This document shows positions 8,034 through 17,755 of a stretch of 64,000 nt of DNA, piece by piece. Position numbers and translations under genes: made by a program. The DNA comes from Verrucomicrobiota bacterium (GTDB taxonomy: Bacteria; Verrucomicrobiota; Verrucomicrobiia; Limisphaerales; Palsa-1400), in NCBI GenBank assembly GCA_049510745.1, contig JBEKYR010000003.1:189269-253268 (forward strand), written 5' to 3'. The notes below the pieces were generated by a model that worked only from the letters and a program-made list of their open reading frames with translations, was not told the DNA's origin and made no database searches. Position 1 is the stretch's first letter; each line of letters begins with the position of its first letter.

Positions 8034-9440
8034 ATGAGCACATTACTTCATGTCGTTCGGCGACAAAGAAAGATCAACTCATGGCTGGCTGCCGCTTGCT
8101 CCGGGGCGCAGGTTTTGGCCCTCAGCGTGGCGGCGGCTCCAACCACAGACCAAACCACCAACGAGATTGAAATCTTGAAAAAGCAAATCCAGGCCTTGAC
8201 ACAGAAAGTCGATGAACTGGAACTCAAGCAGGGTGCGGAGACCGAGACGCACAAGGCCGCCCCGTTCATCACGGCTGGCGAGACCGGGTTTTCCATGCAA
8301 TCGGCCAACTCGAATTTCGTCTTGAAGCTCTCGGGCTTCAGCCAGGTGGACGGGCGCGACTACGTCTCACCGGCAATAGGAGCCAAGGACACCTTTACCA
8401 TCCGCCGAATGCGCGCCATCGCCAGCGGCACGGTTTATCACGATTTCGACTATTACATGCAGGTCGATTTTGGCTCGGGCACCGTCAGCTCGACCACCAA
8501 CAACGCGTTTCTGCAGGACGCGTATGTCAATATCCACCCGTGGCAGGCCTTCCAGGTGCAGGTGGGCAAATTCAAGGAGCCGGTCAGCCTGGAAATCCTG
8601 CCGCTGGATCAATACCTGTGGTTCCTTGAACGCGGCTTCCCCACCGAATTGGCCCCCAACCGCGACGTCGGCGCCGAAATCCACGGCGACCTCTGGAACG
8701 GCGCGCTGACCTATGCCGCCGGCGCTTTTAACGGCGTGCCCGACGGCGGCAGCGGCGACGTCGAGGTCGCGGACAACGACAAGGACGCGGTGGGGCGCGT
8801 CATCACGTTCCCATTTCGCAACACGCAGATCGACGCGCTGAAAAACTTTGGCTTCGGCATCGGCAGCAGCTATGGCATTCAGGCGGGCACGACCACGCCG
8901 ACCTTCGCCACAGTCGGCCGCCAGACTTTCTTCGGTTACAACAGCACGGTTAGCGAAAGCGGCCAGCACCTGCGGCTTGACCCGCAAGGTTATTATTGGT
9001 GGGGTCCGGTCTGCACCTACTGGGAGTACGCCATTTCCGACGAGAAGTTCGTTCTCCCAAGCAAGAAGAGTGCGGCCTACTTTGAGAACACGGGTTGGGA
9101 CATCGACGCCTCGTGGTATCTGACCGGCGAATCGAACGTCTTCGGCGTGTTGCCGACGGTCGCCAGCCCGTTCCGCTTTGACGGTTCCGGGTGGGGCGCC
9201 TTCCAACTGGCGGCCCGTTTCGGCCAGCTTTCGCTCGACCCCGCCGCTTTTCCGCTCTATGCCAAGGCCGGTTCGCCTGAGAGAGCCACTTCCTGGAGCG
9301 TTGCCTTGAATTGGTACCTCAATCACAACGTCAAATGCATCTTTGAATACTCCCAAACCGCCTTCTCCGGCCCCAACCGCACCGGCGTCGCGGCCCAGGA
9401 CGAAAAAGCTTTGCTGGGACGCCTGCAGTTTGGATTCTGA
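8034..9440 (+). CDS. OprO/OprP family anion-selective porin
   Basis: N-terminal coiled coil, FTIRRMR, LQDAYVN, QVGKFKEPVSLE, FLERG, PNRDVG, LNWYLN, terminal F. Confidence 0.85.
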   Translation: MSTLLHVVRRQRKINSWLAAACSGAQVLALSVAAAPTTDQTTNEIEILKKQIQALTQKVDELELKQGAETETHKAAPFITAGETGFSMQSANSNFVLKLSGFSQVDGRDYVSPAIGAKDTFTIRRMRAIASGTVYHDFDYYMQVDFGSGTVSSTTNNAFLQDAYVNIHPWQAFQVQVGKFKEPVSLEILPLDQYLWFLERGFPTELAPNRDVGAEIHGDLWNGALTYAAGAFNGVPDGGSGDVEVADNDKDAVGRVITFPFRNTQIDALKNFGFGIGSSYGIQAGTTTPTFATVGRQTFFGYNSTVSESGQHLRLDPQGYYWWGPVCTYWEYAISDEKFVLPSKKSAAYFENTGWDIDASWYLTGESNVFGVLPTVASPFRFDGSGWGAFQLAARFGQLSLDPAAFPLYAKAGSPERATSWSVALNWYLNHNVKCIFEYSQTAFSGPNRTGVAAQDEKALLGRLQFGF

Positions 9441-9452
9441 CGGCCCGATGAC

Positions 9453-10460
9453 ATGACGCGACGCTTATGCATGCTTACGGTCGCGGTGGCGCTGGCGGCG
9501 GTGGCCGCCTGCGCCGGCAACTCCATCTCCCTGCTCAACGTCTCCTACGATCCAACGCGCGAGTTTTACCAGGAGATCGACACCGCTTTCGCCAAGGAGT
9601 GGAAGGCAAAGACCGGGGACGAGGTCTCCATCCACCAATCGCACGGCGGTTCGGGAAAGCAGGCCCGGTCCGTCATTGACGGTTCGGAGGCCGACGTCGT
9701 CACGCTGGCCCTGGCGTGGGACATCGACGCGCTGCATGACCAGGCGCAACTGCTTCCCGCAAACTGGCAGCAACGGCTGCCCAGCAACAGTTGCCCCTAC
9801 ACTTCCACCATTGTTTTTCTGCTGCGTCACGGCGGGAAGACAACCGTCAAGGATTGGGACGATCTGATCCGTCCGGGTGTCAGCGTGGTCGCCCCCAATC
9901 CCAAGACCTCGGGCGGCGCGCGGTGGATTTACCTCGCCGCCTACGGCGACGCGCTCAAAAAGAATCATGGCGACGCCGCGGCCGCCCGGCGCTTTGTCGA
10001 ACAACTCTACCGGAACGTTCCGGTGATGGACGAAGGGGCGCGCGGCTCGGTCACGACCTTTGCCCAGCACGACATCGGCGACGTGCTCCTGAGTTGGGAA
10101 AACGAGGCCTGGTTGGTGGTTGATCGCTTCGGGCGCGGACGGTTCGACATCGTCTATCCTCCGCGCAGCATCCTGGCGGAACCGCCGGTGGCGGTGGTGG
10201 ACAAGTTTGCCGACGCACACGGCACGCGGGCGGTGGCGGAAGCCTATTTGCGATTCCTCTACACCCCGGCCGCGCAGGAGATCGTGGCCCGGCATCATTT
10301 CCGCCCGCAACTCGACGAGGTCGCCCGCCGCCACGCGACGGACTTCCCGCCGATGCAACTGTTTACATTGGCCGAAGTCTTCGGGAGTTGGAAGGAGGCG
10401 CAAAAAATCCACTTCGATGAGGGAGGCATCTTTGACCAGATCGCGCGCAGCCGCCGGTGA
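9453..10460 (+). CDS. sbp: Sulfate ABC transporter substrate-binding protein
   Basis: [48 protein letters not shown]. Confidence 0.95.
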   Translation: MTRRLCMLTVAVALAAVAACAGNSISLLNVSYDPTREFYQEIDTAFAKEWKAKTGDEVSIHQSHGGSGKQARSVIDGSEADVVTLALAWDIDALHDQAQLLPANWQQRLPSNSCPYTSTIVFLLRHGGKTTVKDWDDLIRPGVSVVAPNPKTSGGARWIYLAAYGDALKKNHGDAAAARRFVEQLYRNVPVMDEGARGSVTTFAQHDIGDVLLSWENEAWLVVDRFGRGRFDIVYPPRSILAEPPVAVVDKFADAHGTRAVAEAYLRFLYTPAAQEIVARHHFRPQLDEVARRHATDFPPMQLFTLAEVFGSWKEAQKIHFDEGGIFDQIARSRR

Positions 10461-11283
10461 GAGCGCCGCGCCGTCCAATCCGCTGCCCGGCTTCCCCCTG
10501 ACGCTCGGGTTCACGGTATTTTATTTGACAGTGATTGTGCTGGCGCCGATCGCGGCGCTGGTGCTCAAGGCCTTGCGCCTGCCGTGGGCGCAACTGTGGG
10601 AACTGGCCACCAACCAACGCGCCCTGGCCTCCTATGAATTGAGCCTGGGCGCCTCCCTCGCCGCCGCCCTGGTCAACGCTCTCTTTGGCAGCCTGCTCGC
10701 CTGGGTGCTGGTGCGTTACCGGTTCCCCGGCCGCCGCCTCATCGACGGCTTGATTGATTTTCCCTTTGCCCTGCCGACGGCTGTGGCCGGGTTGACCCTG
10801 GCCGATTTGTTTTCCGCGCATGGCTGGCTGGGGCAATTCCTGGTGCCCCTGGGCATCAAAGGGGCCTTCACCCGCCTGGGCGTCGTCATCGCGCTGACGT
10901 TTGTCGGCTTGCCCTTTTCCGTGCGCACGCTCCAGCCGGTGCTGGAAACGCTGGAGGTGGGGGTGGAGGAGGCGGCCGCCTGCCTGGGGGCGGGCCGACT
11001 GCGGACTTTTCTCAGCGTCATTGCTCCCACCTTGCTGCCCACCATCCTGACCGGTTTTGGCCTCTCTTTCGCGCGGGCGCTGGGGGAATACGGCTCGATT
11101 GTTTTCATCTCGGGCAACCTGCCCCAAACGGAAATCGCCCCCACCCTCATCGTCATGCGCCTCAATCAATACGATTACACCGGCGCCATCGCGGTCGCCC
11201 TGGTCCTGATGATCTTCTCCTTCGCCCTCCTTCTGACTCTGAACATGCTGCAGGGCTGGGCCGCCCACTTCCAGGAACCATGA
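10432..11283 (+). CDS. cysT: Sulfate ABC transporter permease CysT
   Basis: [41 protein letters not shown]. Probable TTG start at 10432 preceded by GGAGG, overlapping the sbp end. Confidence 0.92.
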   Translation: MTRSRAAAGESAAPSNPLPGFPLTLGFTVFYLTVIVLAPIAALVLKALRLPWAQLWELATNQRALASYELSLGASLAAALVNALFGSLLAWVLVRYRFPGRRLIDGLIDFPFALPTAVAGLTLADLFSAHGWLGQFLVPLGIKGAFTRLGVVIALTFVGLPFSVRTLQPVLETLEVGVEEAAACLGAGRLRTFLSVIAPTLLPTILTGFGLSFARALGEYGSIVFISGNLPQTEIAPTLIVMRLNQYDYTGAIAVALVLMIFSFALLLTLNMLQGWAAHFQEP

Positions 11284-12122
11284 CACCCGGCGCCCCACAG
11301 AGTTTCGCGCCCCCGCCGGACCGGCCGGTGGCAAAATGGCTGCTCATCGGCGTGGCCGCGTTGTTTTCCGCCGTTTTTTTGCTCCTGCCGCTGCTCAATG
11401 TTTTCGTCCAGGCCTTTTCCTCCGGCTGGGGGCCGTACTGGAAGGCCCTGTCCGACCCGGACACCGGCTCCGCGATTCGCTTGACACTGCTGGTGGCCGG
11501 GATCAGCGTGCCTCTCAACGCCGCTTTTGGTCTGGCCGCTTCCTGGGCCGTCGCCAAGTTCGATTTTCGCGGCAAGGCCCTGCTGCTCACCTTGCTGGAC
11601 CTGCCTTTTTCCATTTCGCCGGTGGTCGCCGGATTGCTCTTCGTCCTGCTCTTCGGGGCGCGCGGCTTCCTGGCCCCATTGCTGGAGGCGCACCACCTCA
11701 AGATCATTTTCGCCCTGCCCGGCATGGTGCTGGCCACCATTTTTGTCACTTTTCCCTACGTCGCGCGGGAATTGATCCCGGTGATGCAGGCGCAAGGGCG
11801 CGAGCAGGAGGAAGCGGCGCTGACCTTGGGGGCCAGCGGATGGAAGACCTTCCTGCACGTCACGCTGCCTTCGGTCAAATGGGGCTTGTTTTACGGCATC
11901 ATTCTCTGCAACGCCCGCGCCATGGGCGAATTTGGCGCCGTCTCGGTCGTTTCCGGCCATATCGCCGGCCAGACGGACACCTTGCCATTGCGGGTGGAGA
12001 AGCTCTATTATGAGTTTGATCCGGCCGCCCCGTTCGCGGTGGCTACGCTGCTGGCTTTGCTCGCCCTGGCCACCGTGCTGCTCAAGGCATTTCTCGAATG
12101 GAGAAGCCGGCGCGAATCGTAG
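11280..12122 (+). CDS. cysW: Sulfate ABC transporter permease CysW
   Basis: DLPFSISPVVAG, FPYVARELIP, EEAALTLGASGW, NARAMGEFGAVSVVSG; ATGA overlap with cysT. Confidence 0.95.
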   Translation: MTPGAPQSFAPPPDRPVAKWLLIGVAALFSAVFLLLPLLNVFVQAFSSGWGPYWKALSDPDTGSAIRLTLLVAGISVPLNAAFGLAASWAVAKFDFRGKALLLTLLDLPFSISPVVAGLLFVLLFGARGFLAPLLEAHHLKIIFALPGMVLATIFVTFPYVARELIPVMQAQGREQEEAALTLGASGWKTFLHVTLPSVKWGLFYGIILCNARAMGEFGAVSVVSGHIAGQTDTLPLRVEKLYYEFDPAAPFAVATLLALLALATVLLKAFLEWRSRRES

Positions 12123-12158
12123 TAGAATGCACGGCATGTCAGAACCCAAGCGCGCCGC

Positions 12159-13262
12159 TTGAGCATCGAATTAAAGAACGTCACCAAGCGTTACGGCCAG
12201 GTGACTGCGGTTGAGGACATCAACTTCGCGGTCACCGAGGGCGAATTGCTCGCCTTGCTCGGCCCCAGCGGCAGCGGAAAAACCACCATCCTCCGCCTCA
12301 TCGCCGGCCTGGAAACCCCCGCCAGCGGCGGCATCTTCATCCGCGGCGCCCAGGTCAACAGCGTCCCCGTGCAGCAGCGCAACATCGGCTTCGTTTTCCA
12401 GAACTACGCCTTGTTCAAAAACATGACCGTTTTTCACAACATCGCCTTCGGCCTGAAAATCAAGAAGTGGGGCCGGCCCCGCATCGTCGATCGGGTCGGC
12501 GAACTGGTCGCTTTGCTGGAATTGGACGGCCTGCTGGAGCGCTATCCCCATCAATTGTCCGGCGGCCAGCGCCAGCGCGTTGCCATTGCCCGCGCCCTGG
12601 CGCCGGGGCCGGATGTCCTGCTGCTGGACGAGCCGTTTGCGGCGGTCGATGCCCAAATCCGCCAGGAACTGCGCCAATGGCTGGTCCGCCTCCACCAGGA
12701 CCTCAAGATCACCGCCATTTTCGTCACCCACGACCAGGAGGAGGCGATGGAAGTGGCCGACCGCATCGTGGTTTTTTCCAAGGGGCGCCTGGAACAGATC
12801 GGCACCCCGCGGGACGTTTATGAAAAGCCGTGCAATGAGTTTGTGGCGCGGTTCGTCGGCGTGCTCAACGTTCTGGAATTGGAAGTCCGCGGCGGGCTGG
12901 CCCGGTGTCAAGACTTGGAATTCCCGGCCCACGGCCTGGCCGACGGCCAGAAACTGCGCATCGGCTTCCGTCCTTACGCCGTCCAGGTCTCCGCCGACCC
13001 GGCCGCCTTGCGCTATCCGGCCCTCTTGCGGCGCACTTATTTTCTGGGCGTCATGCTCCGCCTGGAAATCGAACTGCCCGGCGGCCTTGTCATCCGTTCG
13101 CGCATGAGCAAGGAGGATTACACGCGTCTCGGGCTGGCCGATGGACGCCCGGTTTCATTTCAAATCCGCGCCTATCGCGTCCTCTCCAGGGAGGGCGAAC
13201 CGCTGGCGGATGAAGTCGCCACCACCCACGAGGTGCAGCCTCATCTGGGCGAGGGGATTTAG
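12159..13262 (+). CDS. cysA: Sulfate ABC transporter ATP-binding protein CysA
   Basis: GPSGSGKT, LSGGQRQRVA, LLLDEPF, VTHDQEEA, TOBE-like tail; TTG start. Confidence 0.92.
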   Translation: MSIELKNVTKRYGQVTAVEDINFAVTEGELLALLGPSGSGKTTILRLIAGLETPASGGIFIRGAQVNSVPVQQRNIGFVFQNYALFKNMTVFHNIAFGLKIKKWGRPRIVDRVGELVALLELDGLLERYPHQLSGGQRQRVAIARALAPGPDVLLLDEPFAAVDAQIRQELRQWLVRLHQDLKITAIFVTHDQEEAMEVADRIVVFSKGRLEQIGTPRDVYEKPCNEFVARFVGVLNVLELEVRGGLARCQDLEFPAHGLADGQKLRIGFRPYAVQVSADPAALRYPALLRRTYFLGVMLRLEIELPGGLVIRSRMSKEDYTRLGLADGRPVSFQIRAYRVLSREGEPLADEVATTHEVQPHLGEGI

Positions 13263-13266
13263 GAGC

Positions 13267-13606
13267 TTATCCCTCCGGCGGCCCCGTCGCGAGCGCTCCC
13301 TTGCAATCAGGACAACTGGAGCAGCCCCAAAACTGCTGGCCGATCTTCGTGCCTTTGCGTGCCGTGCGAAGCAGCATCGGCTTGCCGCACTTCGGGCAGG
13401 ATTTCCTGTCGGACTTGTCCACCCTGTCCGACCCGTCAGATTCTCTCCCCTGACTCCGCGCCCGGTAAAGCTTCTCGGTGAATCCTCCGTTCTCCAGAAA
13501 AGTCCGCCCCTGGCTTTCGATCTGGCGCTTGAGCAGATAGGCCGCCTGGTTCACGGCGCAGAGCATCGCGTTGCCCGCCAGCTCCAGCGCAGCCTGTTCC
13601 ACAGCA
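13267..13606 (-). pseudogene. 5'-truncated four-helix-bundle suffix-domain protein with topoisomerase-type C4 zinc ribbon
   Basis: NQAAYLLKRQI...FLENGGFTEKLYRAR followed by CPKCGKPM...FWGCSSCPDCKG; the usual N-terminal four-helix bundle is not present upstream. Confidence 0.65.
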
Positions 13607-13769
13607 TGCGGCTGAGGGACCCCGCTACGAAACGCGTGCCGCCACAGCCGATCGCCTTCCATAAGCGAACCAAGCACAGTTTTTCGGTTTGGATCCCGTC
13701 ACTAAAATCTGCCGTGCCAAAAGCTTGTGAAAACCTAAAATCACCCGTAAATTCTGCGCTGGATTCAGA

Positions 13770-14990
13770 ATGATGATGAAAATCCAACCGAGTTCTCTAT
13801 TTCACCGGTTGGCCATTCCTTCGGTTGGCTTTTGGCGAACCGTGTACCAGTCCTTCCTACGCAGTATAGGGGCACTTATTTTTACCTTGCCTCTCGATGC
13901 TCTCTCCCAGGCTAATTACGCGACTCCTTATACTTTCACCACCCTGGCCGGAAAGGCTGGCGCTCACGGAAGTGCGGACGGGAAAGGGCGTTCCGCGCGG
14001 TTTAACGATCCTCACGGCGTGGCAGTGGACATTGCGGGCAACGTCTATGTGGCAGACACGGAGAACTGCACTATCCGCAAAGTAACCCCAGATGGAGTAG
14101 TGACAACCATCGCCGGGCGGGCGGGCCAGTCTGGAACCAATGACGGTGTGGGGAGCAACGCGCGGTTTTATATCCCTTACGGGGTGGCTGTGGATAGCGG
14201 TGGCAACGTCTATGTGGCAGATACAGGCAACAGCGCAATCCGCAGAATCACGCCGGCAGGCATGGTGACCACTTTGGCTGGAACGCCGAAGCCTTTCAGC
14301 CCAGACAATAATGATTGGGCCAGCACGGATGGCAGGGGGAGGGCCGCAAAATTTAATGGTCCTACCGGGTTGGCTGTGGACAGCGCGGGGAACGTTTATG
14401 TGGCCGACGAAAATAGCCACAAAGTCCGTAAAGTGACGTCAGCAGGAGAGGTGACCACTCTGACTGGTTTGGCCTCGGCTGGCAATGCAAATGGCACAGG
14501 GAAGGCCCTACGATTCGAGCTGCCTTGGAGCGTGGCTGTTGACAGCGAAGGCAACGTCTATGTAGTCGACGACAAACACACCATCTACAGAGTGACGCCA
14601 GCAGGAGTAGTGACGAATCTGGCTGGACAGGAGTGGGAGTTCAACCCTCTCGGCAACATTTCTAGCGGCAGGGACGGCGAAGGAAGCACAGCGCGTTTTG
14701 CTGGTCCAAGCGGGCTTGCACTGGACAGCGCCGGCAATATCTTTGTCTCAGATTCAGGTGACCAAACGATTCGGCTTGTGACACGGATGGGAGTGGTGAC
14801 GACCATTGCCGGTCTGGCGGGCCATCCGGGCAAGGCGGACGGGAAAGGGAGCAAGGCGCGATTTGGTGCCCGCATGGTTTGCCCATCAGGCGAGTTTGAC
14901 ATTGGTCCCAACAGCGTGGCCGTGGATAGCGCGGGCAACGTCTATGTCGCGGACACAGGCAACCACACGATCCGCAAAGGACACAGGTAG
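13770..14990 (+). CDS. NHL-repeat beta-propeller protein, probably secreted
   Basis: Six repeats of F..P.GVAVDS.GNVYVADT.N..IRK(V/I)TP.G.VTT.AG; visibly lower GC than neighbours; start uncertain. Confidence 0.88.
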   Translation: MMMKIQPSSLFHRLAIPSVGFWRTVYQSFLRSIGALIFTLPLDALSQANYATPYTFTTLAGKAGAHGSADGKGRSARFNDPHGVAVDIAGNVYVADTENCTIRKVTPDGVVTTIAGRAGQSGTNDGVGSNARFYIPYGVAVDSGGNVYVADTGNSAIRRITPAGMVTTLAGTPKPFSPDNNDWASTDGRGRAAKFNGPTGLAVDSAGNVYVADENSHKVRKVTSAGEVTTLTGLASAGNANGTGKALRFELPWSVAVDSEGNVYVVDDKHTIYRVTPAGVVTNLAGQEWEFNPLGNISSGRDGEGSTARFAGPSGLALDSAGNIFVSDSGDQTIRLVTRMGVVTTIAGLAGHPGKADGKGSKARFGARMVCPSGEFDIGPNSVAVDSAGNVYVADTGNHTIRKGHR

Positions 14991-15160
14991 CAGAGAGGGA
15001 GGAAGAAAACAGTTTTTCTCTGCGCGCTCTGCGCCTCTGCGCGAACAGGCTGGTTTCCTCTATTAGGTTAGCCGTCCAAGGGGGAGTATATTTGGACCGC
15101 ATACACTATTCTGCCAAATCCCCAATGAATTCGGCCAAGCGAAGTTTTTGTCGTGCGCCC

Positions 15161-15329
15161 TTCCGATAAGATTTTCTCCGGCAGAGGCTGGGAGCGCGGA
15201 AAAAGAGTTTTGACAGGATGAACAGGATGGACAGGATGAAGGGGGAATTCTCTTTTCTGAATCCATTCTTAATCCTGTTAATCCTGTTCATCCTGTCCGT
15301 CTCTTTTTGGTTGCGGCTCCGTCGCGCTG
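15161..15329. repeat. Dispersed palindromic element, copy 1 (3+3 nine-mer arms)
   Basis: Near-identical to 63110-63259; (RACAGGATG)x3 ... (MATCCTGTY)x3 inverted arms. Confidence 0.9.
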
Positions 15330-15404
15330 CGCTTGCCCCAGGTCCTTGCCCCAATGGGTGGGTTTGACTTGCCGCCGGATTTCGGGCATGACTGGCGCCA
15401 CATT

Positions 15405-16955
15405 ATGAAATCCACATTTTGCTTCGTTCTGGGACTGGGTCTCAGTCTTTCCGCGGCGCTGGCCCAGGAGCCGGCGGCGTCCTTCAATGCCTTACTGATC
15501 GTCAAAGCCAATCAGCCGGGCGCGGTCATCAACCGCAACATCTACGGGCAGTTCTCCGAGCATCTCGGTCATTGCATCTATGAAGGCGTTTGGGTGGGCG
15601 AGGACAGTTCCATCCCCAATACCCGCGGCATCCGCAATGATGTCGTGGACGCCCTCAAGAAATTGAAGGTGCCGGTCTTGCGCTGGCCGGGCGGCTGTTT
15701 TGCCGATGAATATCATTGGAAGGATGGCATCGGGCCGCGCGACAAACGGCCTTCCATGATTAACACCCATTGGGGCGGCGTGGTCGAAAACAACGCCTTC
15801 GGCACGCACGAATTCATGGACTTTTGCGCCCAGATCGGCGCCCAACCCTATTTCTGCGGCAACGTCGGCAGCGGCTCCGTCCAGGAAATGATGGAGTGGG
15901 TCGAATACGTCAGCTCCGACGCCAAATCCCCCATGGCCAATCTCCGCCGGCAAAACGGCCGCGAGGAACCGTGGAAACTTCCCTTCTTCGGCGTCGGCAA
16001 CGAAAGCTGGGGCTGCGGCGGCAGCATGACCCCGGAGTTTTACGCCGAGAATTTCCGCCGCTATAACACCTTCGTCAAGGATTACCCCGGCAACAAAATT
16101 TTTCGCATCGCCTGCGGCGCCAACGGCGCCGATTACCGCTGGACTGAAGTGCTCATGACCAACGCCGCCCGCCAGATGAACGGCCTTTCCCTCCATTATT
16201 ATTGCGGCACCGGCCGCGAGAGCCGTTCGGCCACCGAGTTCTCCGAGGGCGACTGGATTTACCTGCTGCACAGCGCCGCCCGCATCGAGGATCTGGTCGG
16301 CCGCCACTCCCAAATCATGGACCGTTACGATCCGCAGAAACGCGTCGGCCTCATCGTCGATGAATGGGGCGCCTGGCACGCCGTCGAACCAGGCTCCAAC
16401 CCCGGCTTTCTTTACCAGCAAAACACCCTGCGCGACGCCCTGGTCGCCGGCCTGACCTTGAACGTCTTCAACCGCCACTGTGACCGCGTGAAAATGGCCA
16501 ACATCGCCCAGCTCATCAACGTCCTCCAGGCCATGATCCTGACCGACAAGGAAAAGATGCTGTTGACTCCTACCTACCACGTCTTCGAGATGTACAACGT
16601 CCATCAGGACGCCATCCTGCTCCCCTCCGAACTGGCGTCGCCCGATTACCGCCTCGGCGCGGAGGCCATCCCCGCCCTCTCCGCCTCCGCCTCGCGCGAC
16701 AACGACGGCAAAGTCCACATCTCCCTGACCAACGCCGATCCCCACCGCGCGGCCAACTTGTCCTGTCAATTGGACGGGATGACGGCCAAGTCCGTCACGG
16801 GCCGCGTCCTGACCGCGCCGGCGATCAATTCCCACAACACCTTCGGCGCGCCCAACGCGGTCCAGCCCCAGGCGCTGGACGGCGCGACCGTTGAGGGCGG
16901 AAAGCTCTCCGTCACGCTCCCGCCCAAGTCGGTCGTCGTGCTGGAAGTGCTCTGA
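15405..16955 (+). CDS. abfA: Alpha-L-arabinofuranosidase (GH51), signal peptide
   Basis: [55 protein letters not shown]. Confidence 0.93.
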   Translation: MKSTFCFVLGLGLSLSAALAQEPAASFNALLIVKANQPGAVINRNIYGQFSEHLGHCIYEGVWVGEDSSIPNTRGIRNDVVDALKKLKVPVLRWPGGCFADEYHWKDGIGPRDKRPSMINTHWGGVVENNAFGTHEFMDFCAQIGAQPYFCGNVGSGSVQEMMEWVEYVSSDAKSPMANLRRQNGREEPWKLPFFGVGNESWGCGGSMTPEFYAENFRRYNTFVKDYPGNKIFRIACGANGADYRWTEVLMTNAARQMNGLSLHYYCGTGRESRSATEFSEGDWIYLLHSAARIEDLVGRHSQIMDRYDPQKRVGLIVDEWGAWHAVEPGSNPGFLYQQNTLRDALVAGLTLNVFNRHCDRVKMANIAQLINVLQAMILTDKEKMLLTPTYHVFEMYNVHQDAILLPSELASPDYRLGAEAIPALSASASRDNDGKVHISLTNADPHRAANLSCQLDGMTAKSVTGRVLTAPAINSHNTFGAPNAVQPQALDGATVEGGKLSVTLPPKSVVVLEVL

Positions 16956-16963
16956 GCTATTCC

Positions 16964-17749
16964 ATGTCTTTTTTCTTTGTCTTTCTCGGATCGGGGACTT
17001 CGCAGGGAGTCCCCATCATTGGCATGGACTATCCGCCGGAATTCCTGGCCAACCCGAAAAATCACCGCACCCGGCCTTCGATTTACGTCGCGACCGGGCA
17101 GGTCAAACTGGTGGTCGATACCACCCCGGAATTCCGCCTGCAAATCCTGCGCGAAAACATCCGCTGGCTCGATGCCGTGGTTTTCACCCATGCCCACGCC
17201 GACCACATCATGGGTCTGGACGATTGCCGGCGCTTTTGCGACTTGCGCGGCGGCGCGGCCCTGCCGATTTACGCCAGCGAGCCGACAATGGCCGATTTGC
17301 GGCGCGTGTTTAAATACGCCTTCGAAGCCGAAACGACCCCAAAGGGTTACTTCAAGCCTGAGCCGCATATTGTCGATGGGCCGTTTCGCCTGGGCGATCT
17401 GGAGATCATCCCGCTGCCGGTTCCGCACGGGCGCTCCGGGACCAACGGCTATCTTTTCGTCCAGGACGGCAGGAAGCGGCTGGCGTACTTGAGCGATTGC
17501 AAGGAGGTGCCGCCGCCCGTGGTCGAGCAGGTCCGCGGCGTGGAAGTCGCCGTGCTGGACGCCCTGCGCCGCGCGCCGCATCCGACGCACATGTGCCTGG
17601 ATGAGGCGCTGACGGCGGCCCGCCGGATTGGCGCGGCTCGCACGTGCTTCACCCATTTGACGCACGATTACGACCATGACATCGCCCAGGCCGAACTGCC
17701 CCCGGGCGTCGAATATGCCTATGACGGTTTGCGTATCGATCTGGTCTAA
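16964..17749 (+). CDS. MBL-fold metallo-hydrolase (PhnP-like phosphodiesterase)
   Basis: [40 protein letters not shown]. Confidence 0.88.
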   Translation: MSFFFVFLGSGTSQGVPIIGMDYPPEFLANPKNHRTRPSIYVATGQVKLVVDTTPEFRLQILRENIRWLDAVVFTHAHADHIMGLDDCRRFCDLRGGAALPIYASEPTMADLRRVFKYAFEAETTPKGYFKPEPHIVDGPFRLGDLEIIPLPVPHGRSGTNGYLFVQDGRKRLAYLSDCKEVPPPVVEQVRGVEVAVLDALRRAPHPTHMCLDEALTAARRIGAARTCFTHLTHDYDHDIAQAELPPGVEYAYDGLRIDLV

Positions 17750-17755
17750 GGAAAT

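Noticed and set aside
10432..10480. Frameshift at the start of cysT (the GTGA overlap with sbp is out of frame)
   Set aside because: An in-frame TTG at 10432 with GGAGG upstream gives a normal start, so no frameshift is needed.
13267..13677. Diversity-generating retroelement (four-helix-bundle families are related to Avd)
   Set aside because: No reverse transcriptase and no TR/VR pair with adenine-specific mismatches was seen.
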